NCBI RefSeq assembly: GCF_009914755.1
Contig: NC_060929.1
Reading direction: 5' to 3' (one strand)
Source: the human T2T-CHM13v2.0 reference genome, Homo sapiens
DNA length: 64,000 nucleotides
The notes under the pieces were generated by a model that was given only the letters and a program-made list of their open reading frames with translations, had not been told where the DNA came from and made no database searches. The position numbers and the translations under genes were made by a program. Positions 42,361 through 58,440 of the stretch are shown here, one piece after another. The stretch's first letter is position 1. Each line of letters opens with the position of its first letter.

Positions 42361-43149
42361 GCTCTTGGAATCTTAGAATGTCACTAGCCCGAGGGGCTTG
42401 CCGGGAGAACCTCCTCAGTTTCCAGCCCCCGGATCTGAGACTGAGAAGGATTAGGGGCTTTGGCCAAGGTCACGCGGCCCTTCAGGGCTAGAAGTCAGGG
42501 CTCCTGACTCCGGGTTCTGGACACTTTCCCGCAAATCCTTATAAGTCGCCAAAGCTTTGTTGAGAAACAGAAAATTGAGGTTTGCCAGGGGCACTTTATC
42601 TGCCTGATCAGATTCCATGCCTCAACAGCCTCATTAGGTCGGTGACATTATTTACCCACTTTCAGGAGGAGAGCCCAGTCCAGTTCCTGGACCAAGGTCA
42701 CACAAATAGTGGGTTGCGGAGGCAAGCTTCTTCGTGCTCTGGGAAGCAGGGAAGGCAGGCAGGGAGACCAGCAGTTGTAATCCAGCGCTAGAACAGGAAA
42801 AATTGATAAACTGAGAATACAGAGGAAACTGAGAATTATTGTCCCCAGGGGATTGGTAAGGAGAAGATGAGGAAGTTAGAAGAATTGGACAGATACCTGC
42901 GGAAAGTGTTCCAGGCAGAGGAAACTGCTGGAGCAAATGCTCCTAGCAGGAGGCCACCTGGCGCCTCCGAGGATCAGCAGGGGGGCCAGTGTGGCTGGAA
43001 TGGAGTGAGTGGGAGGGAGAGGAGAGATAAGAGGGACCCAATCAGGTGGGACCTCCGGGGCCCTTGAAGGCACGCTGTCTTTTACTCTGAGTCAACTGGG
43101 GATCCATTGCAGGATATTGAGCAAAGAAAGGGTATTATTTTTGGGTAGA

Positions 43150-45292
<2,143 letters not shown>

Positions 45293-45755
45293 AAGACATA
45301 TTTTTTAAAGGGTCACTGAAGTCTCCTGTGTTGGAAATACTGAATACTGTTGGGGGAAGAGTAGAAGAAGGGGATCTGCTAGGAGATTTTGCAGTAATCC
45401 AGGCAAGAGACAGGCTGGTATAAATGCAGGTGGGGGAAGTGGTTGGAGATGGGATGTATTTGAAGGTTGAACATGATTTCCGAAGGATCAGGTGGGAGAT
45501 GAGAAAGAGTCAAGAATGGCTTCAGGGATCCTGGCCTGAGCCACTGGAAGGATGGAGTTACCATCAACTGAAATGAGCAAGACTGCAGGGAAAGCAATTT
45601 TGGGAATTAGAAGTGGGGAAAAGATCAGGAGTTCAGTTTTTGACCAGTTTGTTGAACATTTCTATTAGACACCCAACAGGAGATGTCAAGTACGCAGTTG
45701 GCTAGTCAAGTCTGGAGTTCAAGAGATGAGATCCTTAAGGGAGAAGAGAACTAAA

Positions 45756-46515
45756 TATGGAGTCCTAGTTCGGCAAAAGGAGTCAGGCTGGCAGGACCAA
45801 GGGAAAGCAAAAAGAGAAAGCAGATAAGCTATAAGTCTGCCTTTCTTCATGGCCCAGGATGCATAGCCCTCCTGTGCGAATAACTCACAATCTTATCTGC
45901 GCCCAGCTATTGCCAGACCCTCACCTGATAGAAAAATGCACGCAAGCTCCCTGCACCCTTGATGTTATCAGTACTGCACAAAGCCCTCTTCAGCACACAG
46001 CACAAGCACCATCCTATAAAATCCTTAGCCAGATTTTGTTTTCTTGCAGTTAGCTTCTGTTTTGCTAACTTGCCCGTTGCACCCTTGCAACGTATTTTCT
46101 TTTCTTTTCTGTTTTTCTTTTGAGATGAAGTCTCACTCTGTCGCCCAGACTGTAGTGCAGTGGCACTATCTCGACTCACCACAACCTCCGCCTCCCGGGT
46201 TCAAGCGATTCTTCTGCCTTAGGCTCCTGAGTAGCTGGGATTACAGGTGCGTGCCACCACACCTGGCTAATATTTGTATTTTTAGTAGAGATGGGTTTTC
46301 ACCATGTTGATCAGGCTGGTCTCAAACTCCTGACCTCGTGATCCACCTCGGCTTCCCAAAGTGCTGGGATTATAGGCATGAGCCACCACGTCTGGCAGCA
46401 ATGTATTTTCATACTTTCTCTAATAAATCTGCCTTTCTTTACCTACAACTGCCTTGGTAAATTCTTCTTACTGCCTGTACCACCAGCCCCAAATAGTTGC
46501 TGATCACCCACGATG
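45756..46515 (+). mobile_element. ERV solo LTR (resembles LTR47) interrupted by a minus-strand Alu (~46100-46397)
   Basis: TATAAA 46015-46020, AATAAA 46422-46427, near-TSD ctaaa/ctaag; Alu TSD gcaa(c/t)gtattttc. Confidence 0.7.
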
Positions 46516-46547
46516 CTAAGGACCGAGTCTGAGACACTCTTATGTTA

Positions 46548-46845
<298 letters not shown>

Positions 46846-47619
46846 GAGTTGGGGAGAAGAAAAGAATTCAGCAAAGGTGACTGGGAAGGAGATTGTAGTA
46901 AGATGGGAGGAAACTACCCCAGGAGAATGTGGCAGCAAAGTGAAAAATAAGGGAGTGATCAGGTGTGTCAAATGCTGCTTTTAGGTAAAGTAGGACAAGG
47001 TCTACAAATCTATCATTGGGTTTAGCAATGTGAAAGCCAACTTATCTCTTGCTGTGAATTGCAGAATGTTGGGGGTAAAGGCCTGATGGGAACGGTGTAA
47101 GATAAAAAGCCTAAACTACTTATTCTGGGAGTTTTGCTGCGAAGGCCAGCAAGGGAATGAGGCAGTGTCTGGCAAGGGAATTGGTGTCAAGAGAAGGGCT
47201 TTTGTTTGATTTTTTTAAAGATTGAAGACATAACAGCATATTTGTATGCTGGTGGGAGTTATCATATAGAAGGTAAAAAAATTGATGGAGGAGAGAGAAG
47301 GGAGAATTCCTGCAGCAATGTTTGGAGACAGAATGGGCTGCAGTGTACAAATGTCAGGGCTATTTGTATTCTTAATTTGCAATAAAAGTAACTGAAATTT
47401 TTGATCTTTGCCCAAATTCAGCCCACGTGACTGAGGCAGGATTGAAAGCCAGATTCCCTTGACTGCAGAGCCCAGGGCCTTAATTCCTGAGCTACAGCAG
47501 CAAGTAGGAGTAAACACTAATATACTGCTCATTCTCTTTGAGCTAATCATCACTTACAGGAATCAATCCTAAGAAAATAATCTAAAATACAGAGGAAGCT
47601 GTAGGCCCAACACTGTTTT

Positions 47620-48134
47620 ATTGTTGTTGTTGGAGACAGGGTCTCACTCTGTCACTCAGGCTGGACTGCAGTGGTGTGATCATGGCTCAACTGCAGCCTT
47701 GACCTCCCCAGGATCAGGTGATCCCCTCACCTCAGCCTCCCAAGTAGCTGAGACTACAGGTGTATGCCACCTGCCCAGCTAATTTTTGTATTTTTTGTAG
47801 AGATGGCGTGTCACCATCTTGCCTAGGCTGGTCTCCTATGCTCAAGCCATCCTCCTGCCTCAGCCTCCCAAAATGCTGGGATTACACCAGCATTGGTATA
47901 ATGTGAGCCACCATGCCCAACTTTTTTTTTTTCATTCTTTTTTTTTTTTTGAGACAGGGTCTCATTCTGTCCCCCAGGCTGGAGCAGTAGCACAATCTCA
48001 GCTCACTTCGGCCTCAACCTCCTGGGCTCAAGCTATCCTGATGCTTCAGCCTACGGAGTAGCTGGGACTACAGGTGTGCACCACCACGTCCAGCTAATTT
48101 TTTTCATTTTTTGGTAGAGACGAGGTTTCACTGT
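47620..48134 (-). mobile_element. Alu plus partial Alu
   Basis: Consensus match. Confidence 0.85.
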
Positions 48135-48150
48135 CCAACACTGTATTTTT

Positions 48151-49068
<918 letters not shown>

Positions 49069-50512
49069 CAACACTGTATTTTTCAAGTGCAAAAGGGAAA
49101 CAACCTACACATCCAGGAGCTGTGGAATTGCAAGCAAGCCGGGGTCACGCAGCCTTGCTTCCAGGTGGAAACAAACCCTGGAAGGAAGCATACATGGGTT
49201 GGAAACACGTGAAGATGACATCATCTTTTTGGCACTTCCCAGGCCCCTTCCTCTGTGGAGTGGCCTGTCTACAGGTGTCTGTAAAAGAGACGGCATGATG
49301 CTGTGATATGGGCTGGAACAATGGACTGAGATTCCAGATTTTCTCATGTCCCTTGTCAGGGCTGTAGTTTCTCTGATTATAGGAGAAGAAAGTTCAAGAT
49401 CTCCCAGTTGCCCTCTGAGGAAGCTGGAAATGGTCAAATATTGCCACCTGCTGGCAAGTTCCAGCTCTGCCTGGCTTCCATCAGAAGAGGGTGTATGTTC
49501 CCAGAGACAGGTCTTACTTCAAGCTCACTAGAGGAAGGGGCCCCAAGGGATACTGTTCAAATGACTACCTGGAACACCCCCTTCCTCCACAAAAAGTCCC
49601 CTTAAGACCTCTCTCAGTGTCTGGAATTCCTCTATAACGGTTGAGGATTGTTTGTTTTTATACGAGAGAAAATAAGGAGATTCTAACAACTTGGCATGAA
49701 ACAGATTATTTTCTACTATGAGGTCTCAGCAATGGGAGGCCGAGTTGTAGGATGGCAGGGGCCCCTGTGAGAAGCATAGGCCCGAAAACAGCTGAATTAG
49801 AAAAAGCAGGGTAGTACAGTGCTTTCCAGTACAGCCTTTACATTTAAAAGAAAATGAACGAAAAAGTCCCTGGGCTTCTGGGGTCCACCGTATTCTAGCT
49901 CAGTGACTGTGAACCATTTATTTATTTTTTTGTCTGAGTTTCTGTTAGCTTAGTTATAATAATGAGTATTATAAAAGTATCCACCTTGCAAGATTGTTAT
50001 GGAATGCACTGATATGACAACAGATCATTTAGTAGCAACTAGCACATAATAATGAGAATAAATATAAGCATTACTACTACTATTAATTTAATGGATGAAG
50101 TCCTGGCCTGTTCATCATAAGAGGTGAGAGCTAGTTCTAGCTGGGTTCTATTACCTTGCTCTTGAGTTTTGTTTGTTTCTATATGTACAGAGAGGGGAAT
50201 GAGAATGAATTATGTCTTAAGATTCTTTTTGTGTTCATACATGATGATTCTGAGTCTCTAACCATCTAAGAGTCCATTTCCCGGTTGAAGGGTCTGTTTC
50301 AAGATTCTATGACTCTGAGACCCTCTTTCTGGAATTCCAGAGTTCTATAACTCACTCAGAATTCTACCGAAAGCTTCCATTTGCACAAGTTATTCCCTCT
50401 GCCTGGAATGAAAGTTCTTCCAAGCCTGGAAGAGGTTGCCTCACTAGCTCTTACTGCATATTTCGCCTTAAACAGCACTTCTCAAAAATTCCTTTTTAAT
50501 TCATCCTCCAAT

Positions 50513-50983
50513 GTTTTTTATTTTTATTTTATTCTGTTTCATTTTTTGTGAGACAGAGTCTCATTCTGTTGCCCAGTCTGGAGAGCAGTGGCATGATCAA
50601 CCTCCATCTCCTGGGCTCAAACCATCCTCCTACCTCAGCCTCCTGAGGAGCTGGGACTATAGGCGTATGCCACCACACCCAACTAATTTTTGTATTTTTT
50701 GTAGAGATGAGGTTTTGCCATGTTGCCCAGGATGGTCTTGACCTCAGGGGCTCAAATAATCTGCTTGCCTCACAAAGTGCTGGGATTATAGGTGTGAGTC
50801 ACTGTGCCCAGCCCTCCACTGTCCTTTTTATTTATTTATTTAATTTTTGTTTCTTTATTTATTGGTAGAGATGGGGTTTTGCCATGTTGCCCAGGCTGGT
50901 CTTGAACTCCTGAGCTCAAGCTACCTGCCCGCCTCGTCCTCCCAAAGTGTTAGGATTACAGGCATGAGCCACCGCGCTCGGCA
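50513..50983 (-). mobile_element. Alu plus Alu monomer
   Basis: Consensus match. Confidence 0.88.
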
Positions 50984-51059
50984 TCTCGATGTTCCTTTAC
51001 GCATCCCTTCCCATCGTCTGTCCTAAAATTCTGTTTTTTTCCATGATCATACAGATCTT

Positions 51060-53516
51060 TTTTTCTTTTTTTTTTTTTTTTTTGTATTTTTTTTTTTAAT
51101 TTATTTTTTTATTGATAATTCTTGGGTGTTTCTCACAGAGGGGGATTTGGCAGGGTCATGGGACAATAGTGGAGGGAAGGTCAGCAGATAAACAAGTGAA
51201 CAAAGGTCTCTGGTTTTCCTAGGCAGAGGACCCTGCGGCCTTCCGCAGTGTTTGTGTCCCTGATTACTTGAGATTAGGGATTGGTGATGACTCTTAACGA
51301 GCATGCTGCCTTCAAGCATCTGTTTAACAAAGCACATCTTGCACCGCCCTTAATCCATTTAACCCTGAGTGGACACAGCACATGTTTCAGAGAGCACAGG
51401 GTTGGGGGTAAGGTCACAGATCAACAGGATCCCAAGGCAGAGGAATTTTTCTTAGTGCAGAACAAAATGAAAAGTCTCCCATGTCTACTTCTTTCTACAC
51501 AGACACGGCAACCATCCGATTTCTCAATCTTTTCCCCACCTTTCCCGCCTTTCTATTCCACAAAGCCGCCATTGTCATCCTGGCCCGTTCTCAATGAGCT
51601 GTTGGGCACACCTCCCAGACGGGGTGGTGGCCGGGCAGAGGGGCTCCTCACTTCCCAGTAGGGGCGGCCGGGCAGAGGCGCCCCTCACCTCCCGGACGGG
51701 GCGGCTGGCCAGGCAGGGGGGCCGACCCCCCCCCACCTCCCTCCCGGACGGGGCGGCTGGCCAGGCGGGGGGCTGACCCCCCCCACCTCCCTCCCAGACG
51801 GGGCGGCTGGCCGGGCAGAGGGGCTCCTCTCTTCCCAGTAGGGGCGGCCGGGCAGAGGCGCCCCTCACTTCCCGGACAGGGCGGCTGGCTGGGCGGGGGG
51901 GCTGACCCCCCCCCACCTCCCTCCCGGACGGGGCGGCTGGCCGGGCGGGGGGCCGACCCCCCAACCTCCCTCCCGGACGGGGCGGCTGGCCGGGCGGGGG
52001 GCTGACCCCCCCACCTCCCTCCCGGACGGGGCGGCTGGCCGGGCAGAGGGGCTCCTCACTTCCCAGTAGGGGCGGCCGGGCAGAGGCGCCCCTCACCTCC
52101 CGGACGGGGCGGCTGGCCGGGCAGGGGGGCCGACCCCCCCCACCTCCCTCCCGGACGGGGCGGCTGGCCGGGCGGGGGGCCGACCCCCCCACCTCCCTCC
52201 CGGACGGGGCGGCTGGCCGGGCGGGGGGCCGACCCCCCCACCTCCCTCCCGGACGGGGCGGCTGGCCGGGCAGAGGGGCTCCTCACTTCCCAGTAGGGGC
52301 GGCCGGGCAGAGGCGCCCCTCACCTCCCAGACGGGGCGGCTGGCCGGGCGGAGGGCTGACCCCCCCACCTCCCTCCCGGACAGGGCGGCTGGCCGGGCGG
52401 GGGGCTGACCCCCCACCTCCCTCCCGGACGGGGCGGCTGGCCGGGCAGAGGGGCTCCTCACTTCCCAGTAGGGGCGGCTGGGCAGAGGCGCCCCTCACCT
52501 CCCAGACGGGGCGGCTGGCCGGGCGGAGGGCTGACCCCCCCACCTCCCTCCTGGACGGGGCGGCTGGCCAGGCGGGGGGCTGACCCCCCTACCTCCCTCC
52601 CGGACGGGGCGGCTGGCCGGGTGGGGGGGCTGACCCCCCCATCTCCCTCCCGGACGGGGTGGCTGGCCGGGCTGAGGGGCTCCTCACTTCCCAGTAGGGG
52701 CGGCCGGGCAGAGGCGCCCCTCACCTCCCGGACGGGGCGGCTGGCCGGGCGGGGGGCTGACCCCCCCACCTCCCTCCCGGACGGCACGGCTGGCCAGGCG
52801 GGGGGCTGACCCCCCCACCTCCCTCCCGGATGGCACGGCTGGCCGGGCGGGGGGGCTGACCCCCCACCTCCCTCCCGGACGGGGTGGCTGCCCGGCGGAG
52901 ATGCTCCTCACTTCCCAGATGGGGTGGCTGCCGGGCAGAGAGGCTCCTCACTTCTCAGACGGGGTGGTTGCCAGGCAGAGGGTCTCCTCACTTCTCAGAC
53001 GGGGCGGCCGGGCAGAGACGCTCCTCACCTCCCAGACGGGGTCTCGGCCGGGCAGAGGCGCTCCTCACATCCCAGATGGGGCGGCGGGGCAGAGGCGCTC
53101 CCCACATCTCAGACGATGGGCGGCCGGGCAGAGACGCTCCTCACTTCCTAGATGTGATGGCGGCTGGGAAGAGGCGCTCCTCACTTCCTAGATGGGATGG
53201 CGGCCGGGCGGAGACGCTCCTCACTTTCCAGACTGGGCAGCCAGGCAGAGGGGCTTCTCACATCCCAGATGATGGGCGGCCAGGCAGAGACACTCCTCAC
53301 TTCCCAGACGGGGTGGCAGCCGGGCAGAGGCTGCAATCTCGGCACTTTGGGAGGCCAAGGCAGGCGGCTGCTCCTTGCCCTCGGGCCCCGCGGGGCCCGT
53401 CCGCTCCTCCAGCCGCTGCCTCCCGGGCGGCGCTCGCCGGCGCGGCGGCAAAGACTGAGACAGCTCCGCTGCCCGCTGAACTCCATCCTCCCGGCGGTCG
53501 GGCGGCGGCGGCTGCC
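51060..53516 (-). mobile_element. SVA_F1 (MAST2-SVA) retrotransposon: poly(A) ~51060-51100, SINE-R ~51100-51600, GC-rich VNTR ~51620-53330, truncated Alu-like part, MAST2 exon-1 segment 53368-53515
   Basis: SINE-R/VNTR sequence; 5' segment encodes QPPPPDRREDGVQRAAELSQSLPPRRRAPPGRQRLEERTGPAGPEGKEQ (MAST2 N-terminus as recalled); TSD GATCATACAGATCTT at 51045-51059 and 53517-53531. Confidence 0.95.
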
Positions 53517-54987
53517 GATCATACAGATCTTAATTGGTAATTATATTTTTATTTATATGATTTTGGTTAATGCTTGTCTTCTTTACGTTCCCATTGCTTG
53601 GTAAAGTAGATAATAACTATTAGATGAATGAAAATTAAATGAATGAATGAATTCTACAATTCAAAGTTTCCATGAGTGTTTATTCCCAAGGTCTTCTATT
53701 TCAAACACTCCATACCACCTGCCCCACCTCAAGGTTGACACCTGAGAAGGGAGTGACCTTTCCAATTTCATAATGTTGCCTGGACCGTGTGTGCCCTGCC
53801 CGCTTGGTTTCCTACCCCTCCGTTATTGGCCTCTTTGGGATGCCTTGGATTAGAAGAGAAGGCTGAGCCATGTCTCTGCTATTGAAACCAGCCTGTATCA
53901 GCTATTCATTCACAGCATGTATTTGTCTAGTGCCCACAAAGTGCCAGGTGCTGTGCTAAGGTACTGGGGACAAAGCATGAGCAAAGCAGACCTGGTCCCA
54001 GCTTTTGGAGAGCTCAGAGCCTACGAGCCCAGAGACAGACATTCACGACTCAATTACACAAATTCCATAAAATTACAAACCATGATAAGTGCTGGGGGAC
54101 GGAGAGGAACAGGGCGCTCTGAGAGCGTACAACAGTTCACAGTCTAGACCCAGGACCTTGGGCTCAAGGGCACAACGGGGCCTTGGGCGGGTCCTGCATG
54201 AGCGTTATCTGGGACACGTGGATACTCTTTTTGTGGAATCTCTGCCCTGGGAAACCATCAGCTAGAACTTGGGTTCAAGGTGGTGGCCTGCCAAGCTCCC
54301 AGCACTTTCCTTGAGATTCATAAGCCTGTGAGGCTGGAAGCTAAGCAATCACCTCTCAAAGCCCTTCCCCTCCTTTTCAGTGGACTTGGTCACTGAAAAG
54401 AGAATGGTAAAGCCCTGGAAGGCCAGAACTCTAGGCGCCCGACACCCTCCTTGAACAGGCCGGGAAACTGGGGCCTAATGAGAAGAGGCTGTGCAAGGTC
54501 ACACAGCAAGGAGCAAAGCGATAACGAGAACCCAAGCTCCCCAGCGTCCCATTCTCTGCTGCTTTCTACCCTACCTCCCTAGTTCCAAGAATGGTCATTG
54601 ATTTTATAGAGGGAATACTGTTTCAACGAGAACCTGGGAGGGTTTCCACTGGCTACAAGCAATAGTTAGGACATAGACAAAATTCTGCAGGAGAGCAAGA
54701 ATCTTACAGCTACATTTGGAGAGGTTTGCCCTGTGGTGGTTACTTAGGACACAAACACACATGAGGGAAAATACATCAGGTGACATGTTTGGATTGAATA
54801 GCATTCTTTCATTTTCTTGAAGGAAAATGTAGCTATTTGAGCCTTGAAATGCTAGTTCTTGCATTTTGCAGTGTTGTTTCCAGTAGCAAAAAACTGAAAC
54901 AATCTAAATTTCCTTTGGCAAAGGAATGGATAAACTGTGGTAAAGCTCAACCTTAGAGTACAATGCAGCATTTAAAAAATAATGAAG

Positions 54988-55237
54988 GTTGAGACCAGGA
55001 GCTTGAGACCAGCATGGGCAACAGCCTGGGCAACATAGTGAGACTCAGTTGCTCCAAAAAAAAAAAAAAAAAAAAAATCCAGGTCTGGTGGTGTGCACTT
55101 ATGGTCCCAATACTCAGGAAGCTGAAGTGGGAGGATTGCTTGAACCCAGGAGATTGGGGCTGCAGTGAGCTGGGATTGCACCACTGTACTCCAGCCTGGG
55201 TAGCATGGTGAAACCCTGTTCAGAAAGAAAAAAAAAG
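54988..55237 (+). mobile_element. 5'-truncated Alu
   Basis: Consensus with expanded A linker. Confidence 0.85.
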
Positions 55238-55599
55238 GCAGGTGATCGGGGGGAACAAAGGTAGGTCTGTATAGGGCACTAAAGCACATTATTGAGTAAA
55301 AAAATGCAAATTTTAAAAAACATATATATAATATAAAGCCATTTACAGAAAAAAGAACTCATGAAAATACTGTTATTTTTCTATAGATACACATATAGGT
55401 ACATAAATGCAGAGAAAGGTCTGAAAGGAAACACACCAAGGCGCTAACCTCTGAGGAAAGGTGGGGATGACCATGTGTGTTGGGAGGGGGCTGATGGGTT
55501 GGTCAAATGGAACTTAAACTTTATCTGTATTTTTCTGAGAGTGAATTTTATTTCTTTATTATTTAAGTGAGATTGTTTTCTAGAAATACCATACTTTAG

Positions 55600-55905
55600 C
55601 GCAAATGCCAACAAACACTTTCTGTAACAATGTAGACAATGAATATTTTAGACTTGGTGGGCCGCACTGTCTCCGCCCCAACTCTTCCATTCTGCTGTTG
55701 TAGTGCAAAAACAGCCATAGATGGGACGTGCAGGAATGAGTGTGGCTGTGTTCCAATAAAACTTTATTTACACACATTGAAACCTGAATTTCATACAATT
55801 TTCACGTTACCAAATTTTAATTTTTTTTCAACTATTTAAAAATGTTAAAACCATTCTTAGCTCACAGGCTAAGCGAAAGCAGACAACCAGCCAGATTCGG
55901 CCCAC
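55600..55905. mobile_element. MER58-type hAT remnant
   Basis: gtgtggctgtgttccaataaaactttattta; ccagattcggcccac. Confidence 0.7.
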
Positions 55906-56324
55906 AGCTTTAAGGCCAGTTTAAGCCTCACCACCTTCCTAGCCCCACTCACCTATTTTGTCCTCTCATCTTCCTGTCCTTCAGCACCCCCATGACCTTC
56001 CTGTGACCTTCAATGGCCCCTCCAGCTGCCGTCCAGCCCTGTCTGTCTGCCCTTGGGGACCCTCTCCTCCTGGCTGCAGGACTGTTTTTTCCTGAGCAGG
56101 TCTCTAAATAGCTCCATTCGCCTTGGCAGGGGGAATCCAGAGAAAGGAATTTTGTTTGGAGTCATGAGAAGCCAGGACTCAGCACTTTGATTTGCTTTTG
56201 AAATTAGGTCCCCTCCCCTCCCATGGACAGGGGTCCCTGGCCACTTCCCTGAGCATGCCCCAACAGTCTCTCTCCTGCATTCCCTGCTACCAACATTTGC
56301 GTCTTGGCTCCTGGTTGCTCCGCC

Positions 56325-56382
56325 ATGGACCCCAGAGTTCTCTGCTTCTTGGCCTGTTGCCTGCTCATCTAGGTCATTTCAG
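56325..56382 (+). pseudogene. PDGFRL-like exon 1: signal peptide MDPRVLCFLACCLLI*VIS(G)
   Basis: Kozak CCGCC-ATG-G; hydrophobic run; TAG at 56370-56372; CAG|GTATGG phase-1 donor. Confidence 0.7.
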
Positions 56383-56987
56383 GTATGGGCATCTTCCATC
56401 TCAGCAAATCTTTTTATTCCCCTGCAGTGTCCTGAGGCCCCTGTCTCTTCATTTCCCGGGAGCACTCCAGGCTGGAGTGCAGTGGTGCAATCACATTTCC
56501 CTGCAGGAGCAGAAGGAAGGGTGATGAGCACCGGAACCTTGATGTCAGGAGGCTGAGTTCCCCGCTCAGCTCCTTTGCTCACTGTGCTGCTTTGGCCAAA
56601 TCACCTCTCTGAGCTCAGCTTCTTCATCTATGCAATGACAAGGTTGAACTGTGTGCTCTTCCAGGTCTTTTCCAGACCTAATGGTCCCCTCTGATCTGAA
56701 AGATCATTTTTAGTCTAGCAATCTGGGACTCATGTCATGGTTTGGAGAGCATGGAACTCTGGAATCTGATGGAACTAATTCTGGCTCCTCCACTAACTGG
56801 CAAGATTTAATGAGACTGAGTCTCTAAGACTCAGTTTACTTAGGAATATAATGGGAATAACAATAACCTCAAAATTACAGGGTGGTTTTAAAGTTAAACG
56901 GTGTATATAAATGCTTAGCCTACAGCCTAGTACATAAACACTCAATAAATAATAGCAATATTATTTTAATTTTAAATACCCTGAGTC

Positions 56988-57185
56988 TAGCCAGGCATGG
57001 TGGTGTGCACCTGTAGTCCTAGCTACTCAGGAGGTTGAGGCAGGCAGATCACTTGAGCCCAGAGGTTCGAGGTTGCAGTGAGCTATGATTGTGCTACTGC
57101 ACTCCAGCTTGGGTGACAGAGAGAGACCCTGTCGCTAAAAAACAAAAAAAAAAAAACAAGCAAACAAGTGAAACAAAAAACAGAA
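56988..57185 (+). mobile_element. Alu right-arm monomer
   Basis: Consensus match. Confidence 0.85.
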
Positions 57186-58001
57186 AACACCCTGAGTTCA
57201 TCATACTAAGATTATATAATCCTACGATCCTAAGTGTTTACTCCTAGCTTCTTTGAATCTAAGCATCTATAATTTTGTTCACAAAGATCAACAGTTTTAG
57301 GGCTTTATCGAGGGCAGGGCCTGAAGAATTTATAGCCCAGAACTTGATAGCAGATAGATCCCCAGGAGAGGCTGAGGCCCCAGAGAGCTATCACCTCTGT
57401 CTCTCAGCTTCCAGACATTCTAGGAAGAGGTTGGGGACATAATAATCCCTGCAAAATCGTGGCTGTGCTCAGAACAGGATTTAGAGGGATGTTGTCATCC
57501 CAGATTTCCTCTTCCAGATACTGCTTGGCTGTTGGATTCTCCTCAAGGAGCCTCATATGGAAGGAAAGGGGCAGGCACCTTCATGGTAAGAAAGTAGCAG
57601 TTTATCAAAGGGCTGATGGTTGGGGTTGGTGGGTTTGTTGGAAGGAGAAGGAACTGGAGAATGGGGGTGCTGGGAGTGAGGTGAGCTCAGATAGATAGGT
57701 CATGAGCAGTGAGAAGGAGCCCTGAGAGTTCATGTAGTCCAAGGATTTAAAACCATGTTCTGAGGAATTCTGCTGCCTTACTGCCTGCCTTAGAGTAAGG
57801 GTGGGTGGTGATTGAGAAGCTGATGGGTAGGTCTCCAGCTCCCACCCTCTCCAATCAGAGTAACCCGATTATTTGTTTTTTAACATTGACCTTTCAGTAT
57901 TTCAAGGAATTGTTCTGTTATCTATAATCAACCTATCGATTGGTTTGTTTTTAAACCTGAAAACCTCAGGTTTAGTCTTATCTCTTTATCTCAAAGATGA
58001 G

Positions 58002-58440
58002 GGCTGGGTATGGTGGTTCATGCCTGTAGTCCTAGTGCTTTGGGAGGCCAAGGCGGGAGGATCATTTGAGGCCAGGAGTTTGAGACCAGCCTAGACAAAA
58101 AAGCAAGACTCTGTCTCTATTTAAAAAAAAAAAAAAAAAGGCCAGGCGCAGTAGCTCACACCTGTAATCCCAACACTTTGGGAGGCCAAGGCAGGCGGAT
58201 TGTCTGAGGCCAGAAGTTTGAGACCAGCCTGGCCAATGTGGTGAAACGCTGTCTCTATTAAAAATACAAAAATTAGCTGGGCGAGATGGCGGGTCCCTGT
58301 AATCCCAGCTACTCGGGAGACTGAGGCAGGAGAAACACTTGAACCAGGGATGGGGAAGTTGCAGTGAGCTGAGATCTCACCATTTCACTCTAGCCTGGGC
58401 GACAAGAGTGAAACTCCATCTCAAAAAAAAAAAAAAAAAG
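58002..58440 (+). mobile_element. Alu monomer followed by full Alu
   Basis: Consensus match. Confidence 0.88.

Noticed and set aside
41626-42387. 253-aa plus-strand ORF
   Set aside because: Stop-poor CpG island antisense to exon 1; no recognisable domain
53368-53515. MAST2-like coding fragment
   Set aside because: Transduced part of SVA_F1 lacking the MAST2 start; not a MAST2 gene copy
51575-53604. Many long Pro/Gly/Arg-rich ORFs
   Set aside because: Translation of the GC-rich SVA VNTR; not genes
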